A stretch of 17,658 nucleotides of DNA from an uncultured archaeon. GTDB taxonomy: Archaea > Iainarchaeota > Iainarchaeia > Iainarchaeales > CSSED10-239. Position numbers and translations under genes: made by a program. The notes under the pieces are model-generated. The model ran no database searches, was not told the DNA's origin, and worked only from the letters and a program-made list of their open reading frames with translations. This document shows, one piece after another, positions 7,451-17,287 of this stretch; positions within the stretch are counted from its first letter, which is position 1, and the number at the start of each line of letters is the position of its first letter. The stretch spans positions 1-17,658 of the forward strand of contig CAZCAP010000007.1 of assembly GCA_964496765.1 (NCBI GenBank). The letters run 5' to 3'.

Positions 7451-8005
7451 TTAGAATGAAACTTTTACATTCTTCTTCTCTGCTTCAGCGGTTTCTAAGA
7501 AATTCTTTTCTGGGAACTTAAACATTTTTGCAAATACACTTGTTGGAAACATCTGTGTCTTGTTATTGTACATTAATACTGAATCATTGTAGTATTGTCT
7601 TGAATATGCAATCTTGTTTTCTATTCCAGATAATTCTTCCTGTAGTGTTAAAAAATTCTGACTTGCTTTTAAGTCTGGATAATTCTCAACAACAACATTT
7701 AATATTCCAGAAACTGCTTTTGCCATCTTATCATCAGCCTTCATTTTAAGATCTCTATCCTTTGCATTCATAGCTTGATTTCTAAGCTGTGTAATTTCAG
7801 TTAGAGTATCTCTTTCATGCTTCATATAACCTTTAACTGTTTCAATTAGGTTTGGAACAAGGTCATATCTTTTTTTAAGCTGAACATCAATCTGGCTCCA
7901 TGCGTTTTCAACATTGTTTCTTGTTCTAATTAAACCATTATAGATTCCAAGAATAATTAGGAATAGCACAGCAATTATTATTAAAACTATTAGCCATATA
8001 AACAT
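7451..8005 (-). CDS. lemA: LemA family membrane-anchored protein
   Basis: N-terminal TM helix followed by YNGLIRTRNNVENAWSQIDVQLKKRYDLVPNLIETVKGYMKHE, the LemA signature; 184 aa. Confidence 0.93.
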   Translation of the reverse strand: MFIWLIVLIIIAVLFLIILGIYNGLIRTRNNVENAWSQIDVQLKKRYDLVPNLIETVKGYMKHERDTLTEITQLRNQAMNAKDRDLKMKADDKMAKAVSGILNVVVENYPDLKASQNFLTLQEELSGIENKIAYSRQYYNDSVLMYNNKTQMFPTSVFAKMFKFPEKNFLETAEAEKKNVKVSF

Positions 8006-8152
8006 AACTTATCTTCCCTCCTTTTCATTAAAATAATTTATTCTAATATATATAGGTAGGAAATATTAATAAAGTCTGTGTTTTTATATAAAAAAAACTA
8101 GATAAAATAGGAATATATATTCCATATTTTATTTTATCAAATAATACTATTT

Positions 8153-8431
8153 TCAAGGTAAATAACAATCCTCTGGACAATTTAGTGGATTCTCTCCTTG
8201 GGTTAATTCACAAATCCCGTTCCCACACCAGGGTGCAAGCTCAGCCGATATCTTACTTATTGCTTGATGACTTTGAAGATAGGTCATTTCTGTTTCATGT
8301 TTGATTGCAGGGGATGCATAGATAATGCTAAATAACACGCCCATTCCTAGAATTGTTATTATTAGAATAGTAAGAAGCTTTTTACTATTTAATTTACTAT
8401 TCAATTTACTTAGATACTTTGTTTGTCTCAT
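8153..8431 (-). CDS. Small secreted/membrane-anchored protein with C-terminal Cys motif CGNGICELTQGENPLNCPEDC
   Basis: ATG at 8431-8429 has an upstream GGAG; TM/signal helix LLTILIITILGMGVLFSIIYA; the track start at 8494 adds 21 residues without a clear ribosome-binding site. Confidence 0.7.
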   Translation of the reverse strand: MRQTKYLSKLNSKLNSKKLLTILIITILGMGVLFSIIYASPAIKHETEMTYLQSHQAISKISAELAPWCGNGICELTQGENPLNCPEDCYLP

Positions 8432-8468
8432 ATTTGATTTCTCCTTTGTTGTTTGATTAGTCGATAGT

Positions 8469-8499
8469 GATAGCTGTAATCTAAAGATACACAACTATC
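8469..8499 (-). promoter_or_regulatory. Imperfect stem-loop in the region upstream of the small Cys-motif gene
   Basis: GATAGCTGT (8469-8477) / ACAACTATC (8491-8499): 8 of 9 positions pair, 13-nt loop. Confidence 0.3.
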
Positions 8500-8747
8500 T
8501 TGAAATTCTTTACATTTTATTTTTTAAAAAGTGATTTTCAATTAAACATTTTTTGTAAAGATAATTAAAAAATGAATTGTTTAAAAAAACCCCTTCTTTA
8601 AAAAAACAAACGGATAAAGATTGTAAACCAATTTAAATATAAAAAGAATTGATTTGTAATCCAAATTTAAAAGAAGAAAATATTCGAAATAAAAAAAATT
8701 AGTTTACTATATGAAATTAAGATAAAAAGAAAAATAAAAGAAGAAGC

Positions 8748-11171
8748 TTATTTCTTCTTTAACTTCTTTTCGGTTTTATCTATTAATAATGTTGTCTTAA
8801 CAACTGAGTCTGGATTTAAACTCATTGATTCTATTCCCTCATTAACAAGGAACTCAGCAAACTCTGGATAATCAGATGGTGCTTGACCGCATAATCCAAT
8901 ATATTTTTTCTTTTTCTTTGCAATCTTAATTACCTGAGAAATTAAAATCTTTACTGCTTCGTTTCTTTCATCATATATGCTTGTTAGAAGCTCAGAGTTT
9001 CTATCTAAACCAAGTGTTAATTGAGTTAAATCATTTGAACCTATTGAAAAACCATCAAAGATATCAAGGAATTTATCTGCAAGGATTACGTTTGATGGAA
9101 TTTCACACATCCCAATAATCTTTAAACCATTTTCTCCCTGTTTTAATCCATTCTTCTTTAATTCATCAATAACTTTTTTTGCTTCATCAATGGTTCTACA
9201 AAAAGGAACCATTATTTGTATGTTTGTTAATCCAAACTCTTCTCTTGCTTTCTTAATTGCTTTACATTCAAGAGCAAATCCTTCTCTATAGTTTCCTTGA
9301 TAGTAACGAGAAGCACCTCTCCAACCAATCATTGGGTTTGATTCTATTGGTTCGTAGGCCTTTCCACCAATTAGGTTTGCGTATTCATCAGTTTTAAAAT
9401 CAGATAAACGAAGAATAACTTTCTTTGGATAGAAAGCAGAACCAATTCTTGCAATTCCATAGGCAAGCTTATCAATAAAATATTGAACTTTATTTGAATA
9501 CCCAATTGTTAGCTTATCAATCTTACTTTTAACTAATTTATCTGTAATCTTATTATAATTAATTAAAGCAAGTGGATGGATCTGTATCCAAGAATTAATA
9601 ATAAACTCCTCACGAGCAAGACCAACACCATCATTTGGTAAAAATGATAATTCAAATGCATCTTCTGGATTACCCACATTCATTAGTATCTTTGTTTTTG
9701 TATCTGGAAGCTTATTAACTGCAACAGAATGTATATCAAATTTCAATAGACCTTTATAAACAAAGCCCTGGTCTCCTGATGAACAATCAACAGTTACTAA
9801 TTCTCCTTGTTTAATTTTTTCTGTTCCATTTCCTGTTCCAACAATGCAGGGAATACCTAACTCTCTTGCAATGATTGCTGCATGACAGGTTCTTCCACCC
9901 TTGTTTGTTACAATTCCTGATGCGATTTTCATGATTGGTTCCCAATCAGGATCAGTCATTTGGGTTACAAGTATTTCTCCTTTTTTAAATTTGCTGATGT
10001 CTTTAACATCTCTAATTACATTTGCTTTACCATTTGAAATCATTTGTCCAATACTTGTTCCAATAACAAATGGTTCTTTATGCTCTGCAAGTATATAGGT
10101 AACATAATTATTTCTATTCTTTCTTGATTGAACAGTTTCTGGTCTTGCTTGAACAATAAATAACTTTTTGGTTACTCCATCAAGCGCCCATTCCATGTCC
10201 ATTGGCTTATAGTGTTTAGCTTTCTTTGAATAATGATCTTCAATAATTATTGCCCACTTTGCTAATTGAAGTATTTGATCATCATTTATGCAAAACTTCT
10301 GTCTATCCTTAATATCTACAGAAATATTTTTAGTTGGGTTTTTTGCAGTCTTATCATAAATCATTTTTATTGATTTTTCTCCGATCTTCTTTGAGATGAT
10401 TGCTTTGTATCCTTTATTCAATGTTTCTTTGAAAACATAAAACTCATCAGGAGTAACTGCTCCCTGTACTACGTTTTCTCCTAATCCATAGGCAGCATTA
10501 ATAACAATAACTCCAGAAAAACCTGTTTCTGTATCCAATGAAAACATAACCCCTGAAGAACCAACATCACTTCTTACCATTTTCTGCACACCAATTGATA
10601 ATGCAATTTTGAAATGATCAAACTTCTTATCAACCCTATAGGATATTGCTCTGTTTGTGAAAAGTGAAGCAAAGCATTTCTTACAGGCTTCCAGTAGTGC
10701 TTTTTCTCCTCTAATATGTAAATAGGTTTCCTGTTGTCCAGCAAAGGATGCATCAGGAAGATCTTCTGCTGTTGCTGAACTTCTTACAGCAACATCAACT
10801 TCTTTAACTCCTTCCATTTCAGAAAGTTTATGATAATGTTTATATATTTGATTTTCTAAATCTTTAGGAAAAGAAGCATTAACTATTAGATTTCTAATTG
10901 CTGCTCCCTTTTCTGCAAGGGATTTCATATTGGTTGTATCTAGATCACTTAATATTCTTCTAATTTCTTTTTTAATACCTGATTTTTCAAGTAGGTATCT
11001 ATAGGCGGTTGCAGTAATCGAAAATCCATTTGGAATAGGAACTCCTTTCTTTGATAAAGTAGAATACATTTCTCCAAGAGATGCATTTTTCCCTCCAACG
11101 AGTGGAACATCTTTAATAGTTGTTTCCTTAAACCATAAAATTAATTTTTTCTTTCTTTGTTTATCAACCAT
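8748..11171 (-). CDS. ppsA: Phosphoenolpyruvate synthase
   Basis: N-terminal VGGKNASLGEM, VRSSATAEDLPDASFAGQQET, phospho-His loop GGRTCHAAIIARELGIPCIVG, C-terminal GSNDLTQLTLGLDRN and CGQAPSD; 807 aa. Confidence 0.96.
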   Translation of the reverse strand: MVDKQRKKKLILWFKETTIKDVPLVGGKNASLGEMYSTLSKKGVPIPNGFSITATAYRYLLEKSGIKKEIRRILSDLDTTNMKSLAEKGAAIRNLIVNASFPKDLENQIYKHYHKLSEMEGVKEVDVAVRSSATAEDLPDASFAGQQETYLHIRGEKALLEACKKCFASLFTNRAISYRVDKKFDHFKIALSIGVQKMVRSDVGSSGVMFSLDTETGFSGVIVINAAYGLGENVVQGAVTPDEFYVFKETLNKGYKAIISKKIGEKSIKMIYDKTAKNPTKNISVDIKDRQKFCINDDQILQLAKWAIIIEDHYSKKAKHYKPMDMEWALDGVTKKLFIVQARPETVQSRKNRNNYVTYILAEHKEPFVIGTSIGQMISNGKANVIRDVKDISKFKKGEILVTQMTDPDWEPIMKIASGIVTNKGGRTCHAAIIARELGIPCIVGTGNGTEKIKQGELVTVDCSSGDQGFVYKGLLKFDIHSVAVNKLPDTKTKILMNVGNPEDAFELSFLPNDGVGLAREEFIINSWIQIHPLALINYNKITDKLVKSKIDKLTIGYSNKVQYFIDKLAYGIARIGSAFYPKKVILRLSDFKTDEYANLIGGKAYEPIESNPMIGWRGASRYYQGNYREGFALECKAIKKAREEFGLTNIQIMVPFCRTIDEAKKVIDELKKNGLKQGENGLKIIGMCEIPSNVILADKFLDIFDGFSIGSNDLTQLTLGLDRNSELLTSIYDERNEAVKILISQVIKIAKKKKKYIGLCGQAPSDYPEFAEFLVNEGIESMSLNPDSVVKTTLLIDKTEKKLKKK

Positions 11172-11240
11172 AACTTAACAACTCCCTAAATATTTATATA
11201 AATATAATTACAATAATAGAAATACATACACTTTTTATAA

Positions 11241-12953
11241 TTAGCGGGCTCCACCGCCGCCACCGCCGCCGCCACCACCAAATCCTCCTCCTCCTCCACC
11301 AGAAGAAAATCCTGAGCTTCCTCCTGCTGATGGACGTGATGATGGAATTGAAGAGATTACTGCTGAGGTCATTGCAAATGTTGAAAAGGAACTAAATTTA
11401 GAATGAGCGGTTACTTCTTTTGGTAATATTTGACCAATAACCTTGGATGCTTCCTTAGCAACCCCAAAAGCAGTTGCATAAACCATATATTGTTCCCAAA
11501 TAATTACAGATGCTGGTGGATGTTGCTTCATTAACGAAAAGTCAGTTATATAATTTTTAAATCCTTCCCATTTTAAGTGTTTAATTATTCCTTCCTTTGT
11601 AAATCTACCAAACAAAATGTTTTGTTTATTAATTTTAATTGAATATACTAATAATCCAATAAACAATATAAAGAAAGATAAAAGAAAGAACATAAAAGCA
11701 ATCACTAGAGATATTGAAATAATAGTGCCTGTAATTACTGCACCTTTCTTTTCAAAAAGTCCACTTGTTTTTGTGAACCATTTTTCATAGGATGAATTTG
11801 TTTTTTTATATAAATCCATGTAGGTTGTATCATAGGTTAATTTTGATTTAAGTTGTTTAATCTCAACCACACCATCTGGAAACTTTTTAATTAGTAAATC
11901 ATTAATTTTAGAAATGTATTCAGGAAGAACACTCTTACTTGCGTTTTTTCTTCTAATTAGAATAACTGATTTACCTTGTTTCTCAATATCATAATACTTT
12001 TTCCAAACTAGATATAACAAAGCTGAAGAAAACCAATTCTTTGAAAAATTACCATTAAGCAAATAGTTTGCTTCTATTGGATTTTCATCTCCAGGAAGAT
12101 CTCTTTCATATATTCCAAGATATCCAACCTCTTCTTTCTTGTATTCTTTTCCAAATAAGAACCAAATAAAGAATAAAACTACAAAAACAATAAAAAGAAA
12201 TATTATGTTTTTTATTATATATGATATAATTGCTTTTGTTTTATTTACTGGGGTTTGGGCCATGTAATCATCATAGCCAGCTTGCCAATTCTGCTCAAGT
12301 TGTTTAACACTTTCTATTGTTGCACTTCTATCTCCCCAAGCAAGTTCATCTTCTAGAAACCAGGACTTTGGCATCAATAAATTAATTTCAAGTATCTCAT
12401 TTGGTATTACTTCCTTGCTTATCAATATTTTATTTTTATCAAAATTAAGTTCATAATCAGTTGAATGAATAAAATAAGTTGTATCATTAGCATCTCCTGG
12501 TAAATTAATAATTATATTTACATTTGGATAGGCATCTGTTTGCCCACCATATAGTTTATAATAAAATTGGGTCCCATCAATTAACCCCCAAATCTGATTA
12601 TCCACATCATAATTAAAATAAGTAATAATAGAAGTATCACAATAATCTCCTCTAAGAATTAATTCTTTTTCTCCAGAAATTGTGTCTGTTGGTTTGTAAA
12701 CAAACTCACAAGTTGAACCAATACAATAACCACTTGGATTAATAATTTCTAGGTTGTTTGGTTTTTGAATATACAATTCTTTATAGCACCCACTAAGTTC
12801 ATAGTTCCATTTCTCAGAAATATTAACTATTCCATTAGGATTAAGAGTATAATTAATATCTATGTCAGAAACAGAGAAAGAACGAGCAGAAATTGTAGGT
12901 ATTAACATTATGATTATTAGGAATAATAATAAAAGTTTATTTTTATAAATCAT
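11241..12953 (-). CDS. DUF2207-like predicted membrane protein with Gly-rich C-terminus
   Basis: Signal peptide, extracellular DIDINYTLNPNGIVNISEKW... domain, TM segments, C-terminal GGSSGFSSGGGGGGFGGGGGGGGGGAR. ATG at 12953 preceded by GGTGA (12962-12958) preferred over the track start at 12983, which overlaps the upstream gene. Confidence 0.7.
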   Translation of the reverse strand: MIYKNKLLLLFLIIIMLIPTISARSFSVSDIDINYTLNPNGIVNISEKWNYELSGCYKELYIQKPNNLEIINPSGYCIGSTCEFVYKPTDTISGEKELILRGDYCDTSIITYFNYDVDNQIWGLIDGTQFYYKLYGGQTDAYPNVNIIINLPGDANDTTYFIHSTDYELNFDKNKILISKEVIPNEILEINLLMPKSWFLEDELAWGDRSATIESVKQLEQNWQAGYDDYMAQTPVNKTKAIISYIIKNIIFLFIVFVVLFFIWFLFGKEYKKEEVGYLGIYERDLPGDENPIEANYLLNGNFSKNWFSSALLYLVWKKYYDIEKQGKSVILIRRKNASKSVLPEYISKINDLLIKKFPDGVVEIKQLKSKLTYDTTYMDLYKKTNSSYEKWFTKTSGLFEKKGAVITGTIISISLVIAFMFFLLSFFILFIGLLVYSIKINKQNILFGRFTKEGIIKHLKWEGFKNYITDFSLMKQHPPASVIIWEQYMVYATAFGVAKEASKVIGQILPKEVTAHSKFSSFSTFAMTSAVISSIPSSRPSAGGSSGFSSGGGGGGFGGGGGGGGGGAR

Positions 12954-12957
12954 ATAT

Positions 12958-13581
12958 TCACCAAATTTTTTTAGATTTCCCAAAAGTAATTAATTTCTTT
13001 GCAAAATATTTGTTTCCTTTCTTATTCAAATGAATTCCATCTTCTTTCACTAATAGTTTAGTATAATGTGGTTGATTTTTAAAATCATTAAACAAATCTA
13101 AGAAAAGAACCTTATCTTTTTTACAAATTAATTTCATTAGTTCATTATATATTTTTAAGTTCCTATTATAACAAAATTCATTCTCATCCCAAATGGTGGG
13201 TGTTGTTTTTGATTCATCACAGGGAATAAATCCAGTAACTATTATTTCTTTTGTATATTTTTTTGATAGTTTAATAATTTCTTTAAAATTAGCAATAAAC
13301 TTCTTTTCAGAGGTATTTATTTTATTTTTCATAATGTTGGTGTCATTACTACCTATATGTAAAACAATTATATTTGGTGCTCTTGCTTTTGCTTCAACAC
13401 CTATTCTTTTTAATAATCCACAGGTTGTTTCTCCAGATATCCCTTGATTATAAACAAGATTATTTTCATTTAATTTAGATACATATTTTAATAAAATTAG
13501 AACCCAATTATCATACAACTCATAATATTCATTAGAAACTAAACTATCTCCAAAAACACAAATTCTTTTTTCTCTAATCAT
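12958..13581 (-). CDS. SGNH/GDSL-family hydrolase (lipase/esterase-like)
   Basis: VFGDSLVSNEYYE (GDS), NQGISGETTCG, LHIGSNDTN (GxND), DGIHLNKKGNKYFA (DxxH); 207 aa. Confidence 0.85.
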   Translation of the reverse strand: MIREKRICVFGDSLVSNEYYELYDNWVLILLKYVSKLNENNLVYNQGISGETTCGLLKRIGVEAKARAPNIIVLHIGSNDTNIMKNKINTSEKKFIANFKEIIKLSKKYTKEIIVTGFIPCDESKTTPTIWDENEFCYNRNLKIYNELMKLICKKDKVLFLDLFNDFKNQPHYTKLLVKEDGIHLNKKGNKYFAKKLITFGKSKKIW

Positions 13582-13582
13582 A

Positions 13583-14398
13583 TTAAATGAACTCCTTCAT
13601 TCTAGTGTATCTTCCTTTATCTTTTGCTTTTGGATCTAGTTTCTTATATTGAATAGCTTTCTGTGGACAGAAATTATAGCACCGAGTACATGAAACGCAA
13701 TTATTTGAAAACTTAACTTCTCTTTTCATTTTTTTAACAACTATGTTCTTTGTTGGACAAATCTCTTGACAGGTACCACAGAGAATACACTTATCCTTAT
13801 CAACCACCCATTGTGGTTTCCTAAGTTGCTTACTAAACCCCCAATGAATTAAAGAATGAATCATTCTTAAAAATAGGTTTCTATTAATTATCTTCCTTTG
13901 CCCAGAAAGAATTAAATCAAAATCAAGTTTTACTTTTTCATCCACTAGCTTTATTTTGTTTTCAATAACATCTGGTTTATCAACATCCTTATTAAACATA
14001 TAACTTGCATTGCTTGGCATAGAATATGCAAATGTTCCAATCACATCATAATTCTTTTTTTCTAGTATTTTTTTAGCAACCGAAAGAGAAGAACCACTCT
14101 GTCCAGCACAAACCCCAATAACTATAACCTTCTTATTTTCAACACTTGGAAGTTGCTTTAGAAAATCAATTACGAAGCTTGGAGGATACCATGCATAAAC
14201 AGGGAACCCAATAATTAGAAATTCATAATCTTTTTGGCTTGTAACAACAAGAATATCTTCAATCTTTTTCTTCTCAATAGTTATCTGATTTTCTTTAAAT
14301 AAGTCACACCAGGAATTAATAACATAGGAAGTATTTCCTGTTCCAGAAAAATAATAGGCAACTCCTGATTTTAGATCTTTAATATCCTTTGAAACCAT
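13583..14398 (-). CDS. Flavodoxin-like domain fused to 2x[4Fe-4S] ferredoxin (EFR1-like)
   Basis: YYFSGTGNTSYV flavodoxin P-loop; C-terminal CILCGTCQEICPTKN and CVSCTRCYNFCPQKAI. Confidence 0.88.
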   Translation of the reverse strand: MVSKDIKDLKSGVAYYFSGTGNTSYVINSWCDLFKENQITIEKKKIEDILVVTSQKDYEFLIIGFPVYAWYPPSFVIDFLKQLPSVENKKVIVIGVCAGQSGSSLSVAKKILEKKNYDVIGTFAYSMPSNASYMFNKDVDKPDVIENKIKLVDEKVKLDFDLILSGQRKIINRNLFLRMIHSLIHWGFSKQLRKPQWVVDKDKCILCGTCQEICPTKNIVVKKMKREVKFSNNCVSCTRCYNFCPQKAIQYKKLDPKAKDKGRYTRMKEFI

Positions 14399-14430
14399 AC
14401 CTTATAATATATTAGATAAGATTTATATTG

Positions 14431-14455
14431 ATTTTGCTTGGACAGCCACCCCTCC
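14431..14455 (+). promoter_or_regulatory. Leader/promoter-proximal element shared with 7341-7363
   Basis: ATTTTGCTTGGACAGCCACCCCTCC upstream of ATG 14506. Confidence 0.45.
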
Positions 14456-14505
14456 AAAAAGAATATATATTCATTGTGATATATTTTTATGAAGAGGAAA
14501 AGATT

Positions 14506-15258
14506 ATGGTACCTAGAATGAAAGCATTTACTAAATCATATACTAGAAAGAAAGTTAACAAAAAACTTGATTTAATGAATTATTCAAATCTTGGTTTTTA
14601 TAATCACCAAAAAGTACATATTAATTCAGTATACTTTAGAAATAAGAAAGAATTACTTCCCATGTCAAAATGGAAGTTTATTAAAAAAGTTTCTCGTGCA
14701 ACCTTCTTTGAACTCCCAAATAAGAAAATAATAATTGTAAATCCTGAATTGGTATCTCCTGCATATGGAACCATGACTGCTAGAGATAAAACTAATCAAA
14801 GAAGACAAGTTCTTCTAATACATGAGCTTCTTAAAAGAAAAGTGGACATGGAAATACCAGTTGGATACTTTAAAACAAAAGAAGGTCAATCATACTATGT
14901 TATTTATGCAAAAAAAGGAACACCCCTACCAGATAAACTTGAAAAATCAACTTTACAAGAAAAGAATAGAATTGCAAAACAACTTGCACAAAAGCTTGCA
15001 GAAATACACAACAAAGGTGTAGCCCATGGACACCCATGGTTAAAAAATTGGATAATTAATGACGATGGGGTTCATCTTATTGATACAAAAATGGTTTTAT
15101 TTAAAGATGATTTCCCACACACATCAAAAAGCACATCAAGAAAAATTGAATGGAATGAAATTACAAAAACAGATCTGAATGCTCTTCTTTCTGAATATAA
15201 ATATAATCCAGAACAATTTGAAATTATTAAAAAAGAATATAAAAAGCACATTAAATAG
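14506..15258 (+). CDS. Divergent protein-kinase-like-fold protein (RIO/Bud32/LPS-kinase-like) with degenerate catalytic loop
   Basis: IAKQLAQKLAEIHNKGVAHGHPWLKNWIINDDGVHLIDTKM resembles an [HG/HR]DxxxxN...IDxx catalytic loop. ATG at 14506 (MVPRMKAFTKSYTRKK...) preceded by GAAGAGG is preferred over the track start at 14428. Confidence 0.55.
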   Translation: MVPRMKAFTKSYTRKKVNKKLDLMNYSNLGFYNHQKVHINSVYFRNKKELLPMSKWKFIKKVSRATFFELPNKKIIIVNPELVSPAYGTMTARDKTNQRRQVLLIHELLKRKVDMEIPVGYFKTKEGQSYYVIYAKKGTPLPDKLEKSTLQEKNRIAKQLAQKLAEIHNKGVAHGHPWLKNWIINDDGVHLIDTKMVLFKDDFPHTSKSTSRKIEWNEITKTDLNALLSEYKYNPEQFEIIKKEYKKHIK

Positions 15259-15268
15259 GAAAATACTA

Positions 15269-17170
15269 ATGGATTCAACTAAAGATAAAAACACAACCCT
15301 GATTTATTTCAGGCATAATAAGTTTCGTGATGGGCAAAAGGAAATAATCACAGACATTCTAACAGCTATAACCGAGAAAAAAAACATTCTTCTTCATGCA
15401 CCAACAGGAAGTGGGAAAACTGATGCTGCTCTTTCAGCAGCAATTACTTTTGCAAAAGAAAACAATAAAAAGATTCTTTTTCTAACCCCAAAAACATCAC
15501 AACACAAAATAGCTTTAGAGGTTATTGCTGACATTAATAAAAAGTATTCTTTAAACCTAAGAGCCATTGATTTTGTTGGAAAAAGAAATTTATGTGTTGA
15601 TCCTGTTGTTTCCCAAACAGGAAATAATTTTTATGAGGTTTGCAAGTATGCAAGAGAGAAAGGACAATGCCCATTCTTTATTAATGCAAGACCAATTGAT
15701 AAAACTAAAAAAGAACTATTGATTTATGATTTAGGTCAAACATTTTCTGAAAAACTAGTTATTTCTCATCATTCAATTAAAGATATTTCTGAAAACTTTA
15801 AAATTGGAGCAGGTAAACCATTCCCTCTTTGTCCCTATGAGGTAGCAAAGATTTATGCAAAGAAATGTAATATAATTATTGCAGATTATTATCATGTTTT
15901 CTCTAAAAAAATATCTGATTCTCTGCTCGGAGAACTTGGAATTAGTCTTTCTGATTGCATACTAATAATAGATGAAGCTCACAACCTAGAAGAAAGACTT
16001 CTCAAGCTCCAATCAAAATCTCTTAACACAATTATATTAAATAAAGCAGCAAAGGAAGCAGGAGATCTTAAGAATAATAATTTAAAAACAACATTACTCT
16101 CTCTTGCAGATGCAATTGAAGTTATTTCTGAAAAAAAGTTAAAGGACAGGGATGAAGAATTTATTAAATCTCAAGAATTAATTTTACAATATGAAAACAA
16201 TATGCTTGAGATTATAGATGAGCTTGAAAAAACAGGACTAGAACACATTGAAAAAACAGGAGAAGGAAGATCTGCTCTCATTACTGTTGCACTTTTTTTA
16301 AATGATTGGTTAATTGATACTCAAACACACATTAAATTTGCAAAAAGAGAAAATAGAGGTGTTTCAATCAAACATAATGCTCTATCAATAACAGAGGTTA
16401 CAAAAAATGTATTTGATAGTTGCTATTGCTCAATCCTCATGTCTGCAACCCTTACTCCAACATCCATGTATCAAGAAATATTTGGATTATCAAAGACATT
16501 GGTTACAAAGGAATATCCATCTCCATTTCCTGAAAAGAACAGACTAGATGTGCTTGTTCCTGGAGTTACAACTAAGTACACAACCAGAAATGAAAATAAT
16601 TATAGGATCTATGGGGATTACATAAACAAATGTGTGAACTCAATTCCTGGTAACGTTGTTATTTTCTTTCCATCCTTTGAAGTGCTTCATTATATTTTAC
16701 CAAACATAAAAATAAATAAACCAAAGATTGTTCAGGAGGAAGGAACAACCTCCAAGGAGTTTGAAGAAATGATAAATCATTTCAAATCAGAATCTAGAAA
16801 GTTTGGAAGTGCATTATTTGCTGTAATGGGAGGAAAGGCCTCCGAAGGAATTGATTTGCCAGGAGATTATTTACTTGGTGCAATTATTGTTGGTGTTCCG
16901 CTAGGTAAAATGGAATTGTTTACAAAAGCAAGAATTGACTACTATGAAAAAAAGTATAAGAAAGGATGGGCCTATGCCTATATCCAGCCAGCAATTCAAA
17001 AAACAATACAAAGTGCAGGAAGAGTAATAAGATCAGAAACCGATAGGGGAGTTGTTATTTTCCTTGATGAGAGATACACATGGCCTAACTATAAGACCTA
17101 TCTTCCAAAAAGCCTTAAGTTAAAGATTACAAGAACCCCAGAAAAGGATATACAAGAGTTCTTTAAATAA
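15269..17170 (+). CDS. XPD/Rad3/DinG-family Fe-S superfamily 2 helicase
   Basis: APTGSGKTDAAL (Walker A), IDEAHNLEE (DEAH), four candidate Fe-S Cys (NLC, EVCKYAREKGQC, PLC), MSATLTP, QSAGRVIRSETDRGVVIFLDER. ATG at 15269 (MDSTKDKN) lies 11 nt after the upstream gene's stop and is preferred over 15179. Confidence 0.92.
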   Translation: MDSTKDKNTTLIYFRHNKFRDGQKEIITDILTAITEKKNILLHAPTGSGKTDAALSAAITFAKENNKKILFLTPKTSQHKIALEVIADINKKYSLNLRAIDFVGKRNLCVDPVVSQTGNNFYEVCKYAREKGQCPFFINARPIDKTKKELLIYDLGQTFSEKLVISHHSIKDISENFKIGAGKPFPLCPYEVAKIYAKKCNIIIADYYHVFSKKISDSLLGELGISLSDCILIIDEAHNLEERLLKLQSKSLNTIILNKAAKEAGDLKNNNLKTTLLSLADAIEVISEKKLKDRDEEFIKSQELILQYENNMLEIIDELEKTGLEHIEKTGEGRSALITVALFLNDWLIDTQTHIKFAKRENRGVSIKHNALSITEVTKNVFDSCYCSILMSATLTPTSMYQEIFGLSKTLVTKEYPSPFPEKNRLDVLVPGVTTKYTTRNENNYRIYGDYINKCVNSIPGNVVIFFPSFEVLHYILPNIKINKPKIVQEEGTTSKEFEEMINHFKSESRKFGSALFAVMGGKASEGIDLPGDYLLGAIIVGVPLGKMELFTKARIDYYEKKYKKGWAYAYIQPAIQKTIQSAGRVIRSETDRGVVIFLDERYTWPNYKTYLPKSLKLKITRTPEKDIQEFFK

Positions 17171-17287
17171 AACAATTTATTTATAAATAATTGTGTATAT
17201 ATATTATATTAAGAGTGAACTACTTTTGTGCTTAAATTATTAAAATTCAAACATAAAAATAAATGAAAAAATAAAATGTGATATTAT

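Noticed and set aside
6795-7749. Plus-strand ORFs 6795..7022 and 7528..7749
   Set aside because: Antisense to the NTase and lemA genes, no independent support.
9901-10098. Plus-strand ORF inside ppsA
   Set aside because: Antisense to a strongly conserved catalytic region of ppsA.
13193-13447. Plus-strand ORF inside the SGNH hydrolase gene
   Set aside because: Antisense to motif-supported coding sequence.
14822-15278. ORFs 14822..15022 (+) and 15072..15278 (-)
   Set aside because: Out-of-frame or antisense within the kinase-like gene and its junction with the helicase gene.
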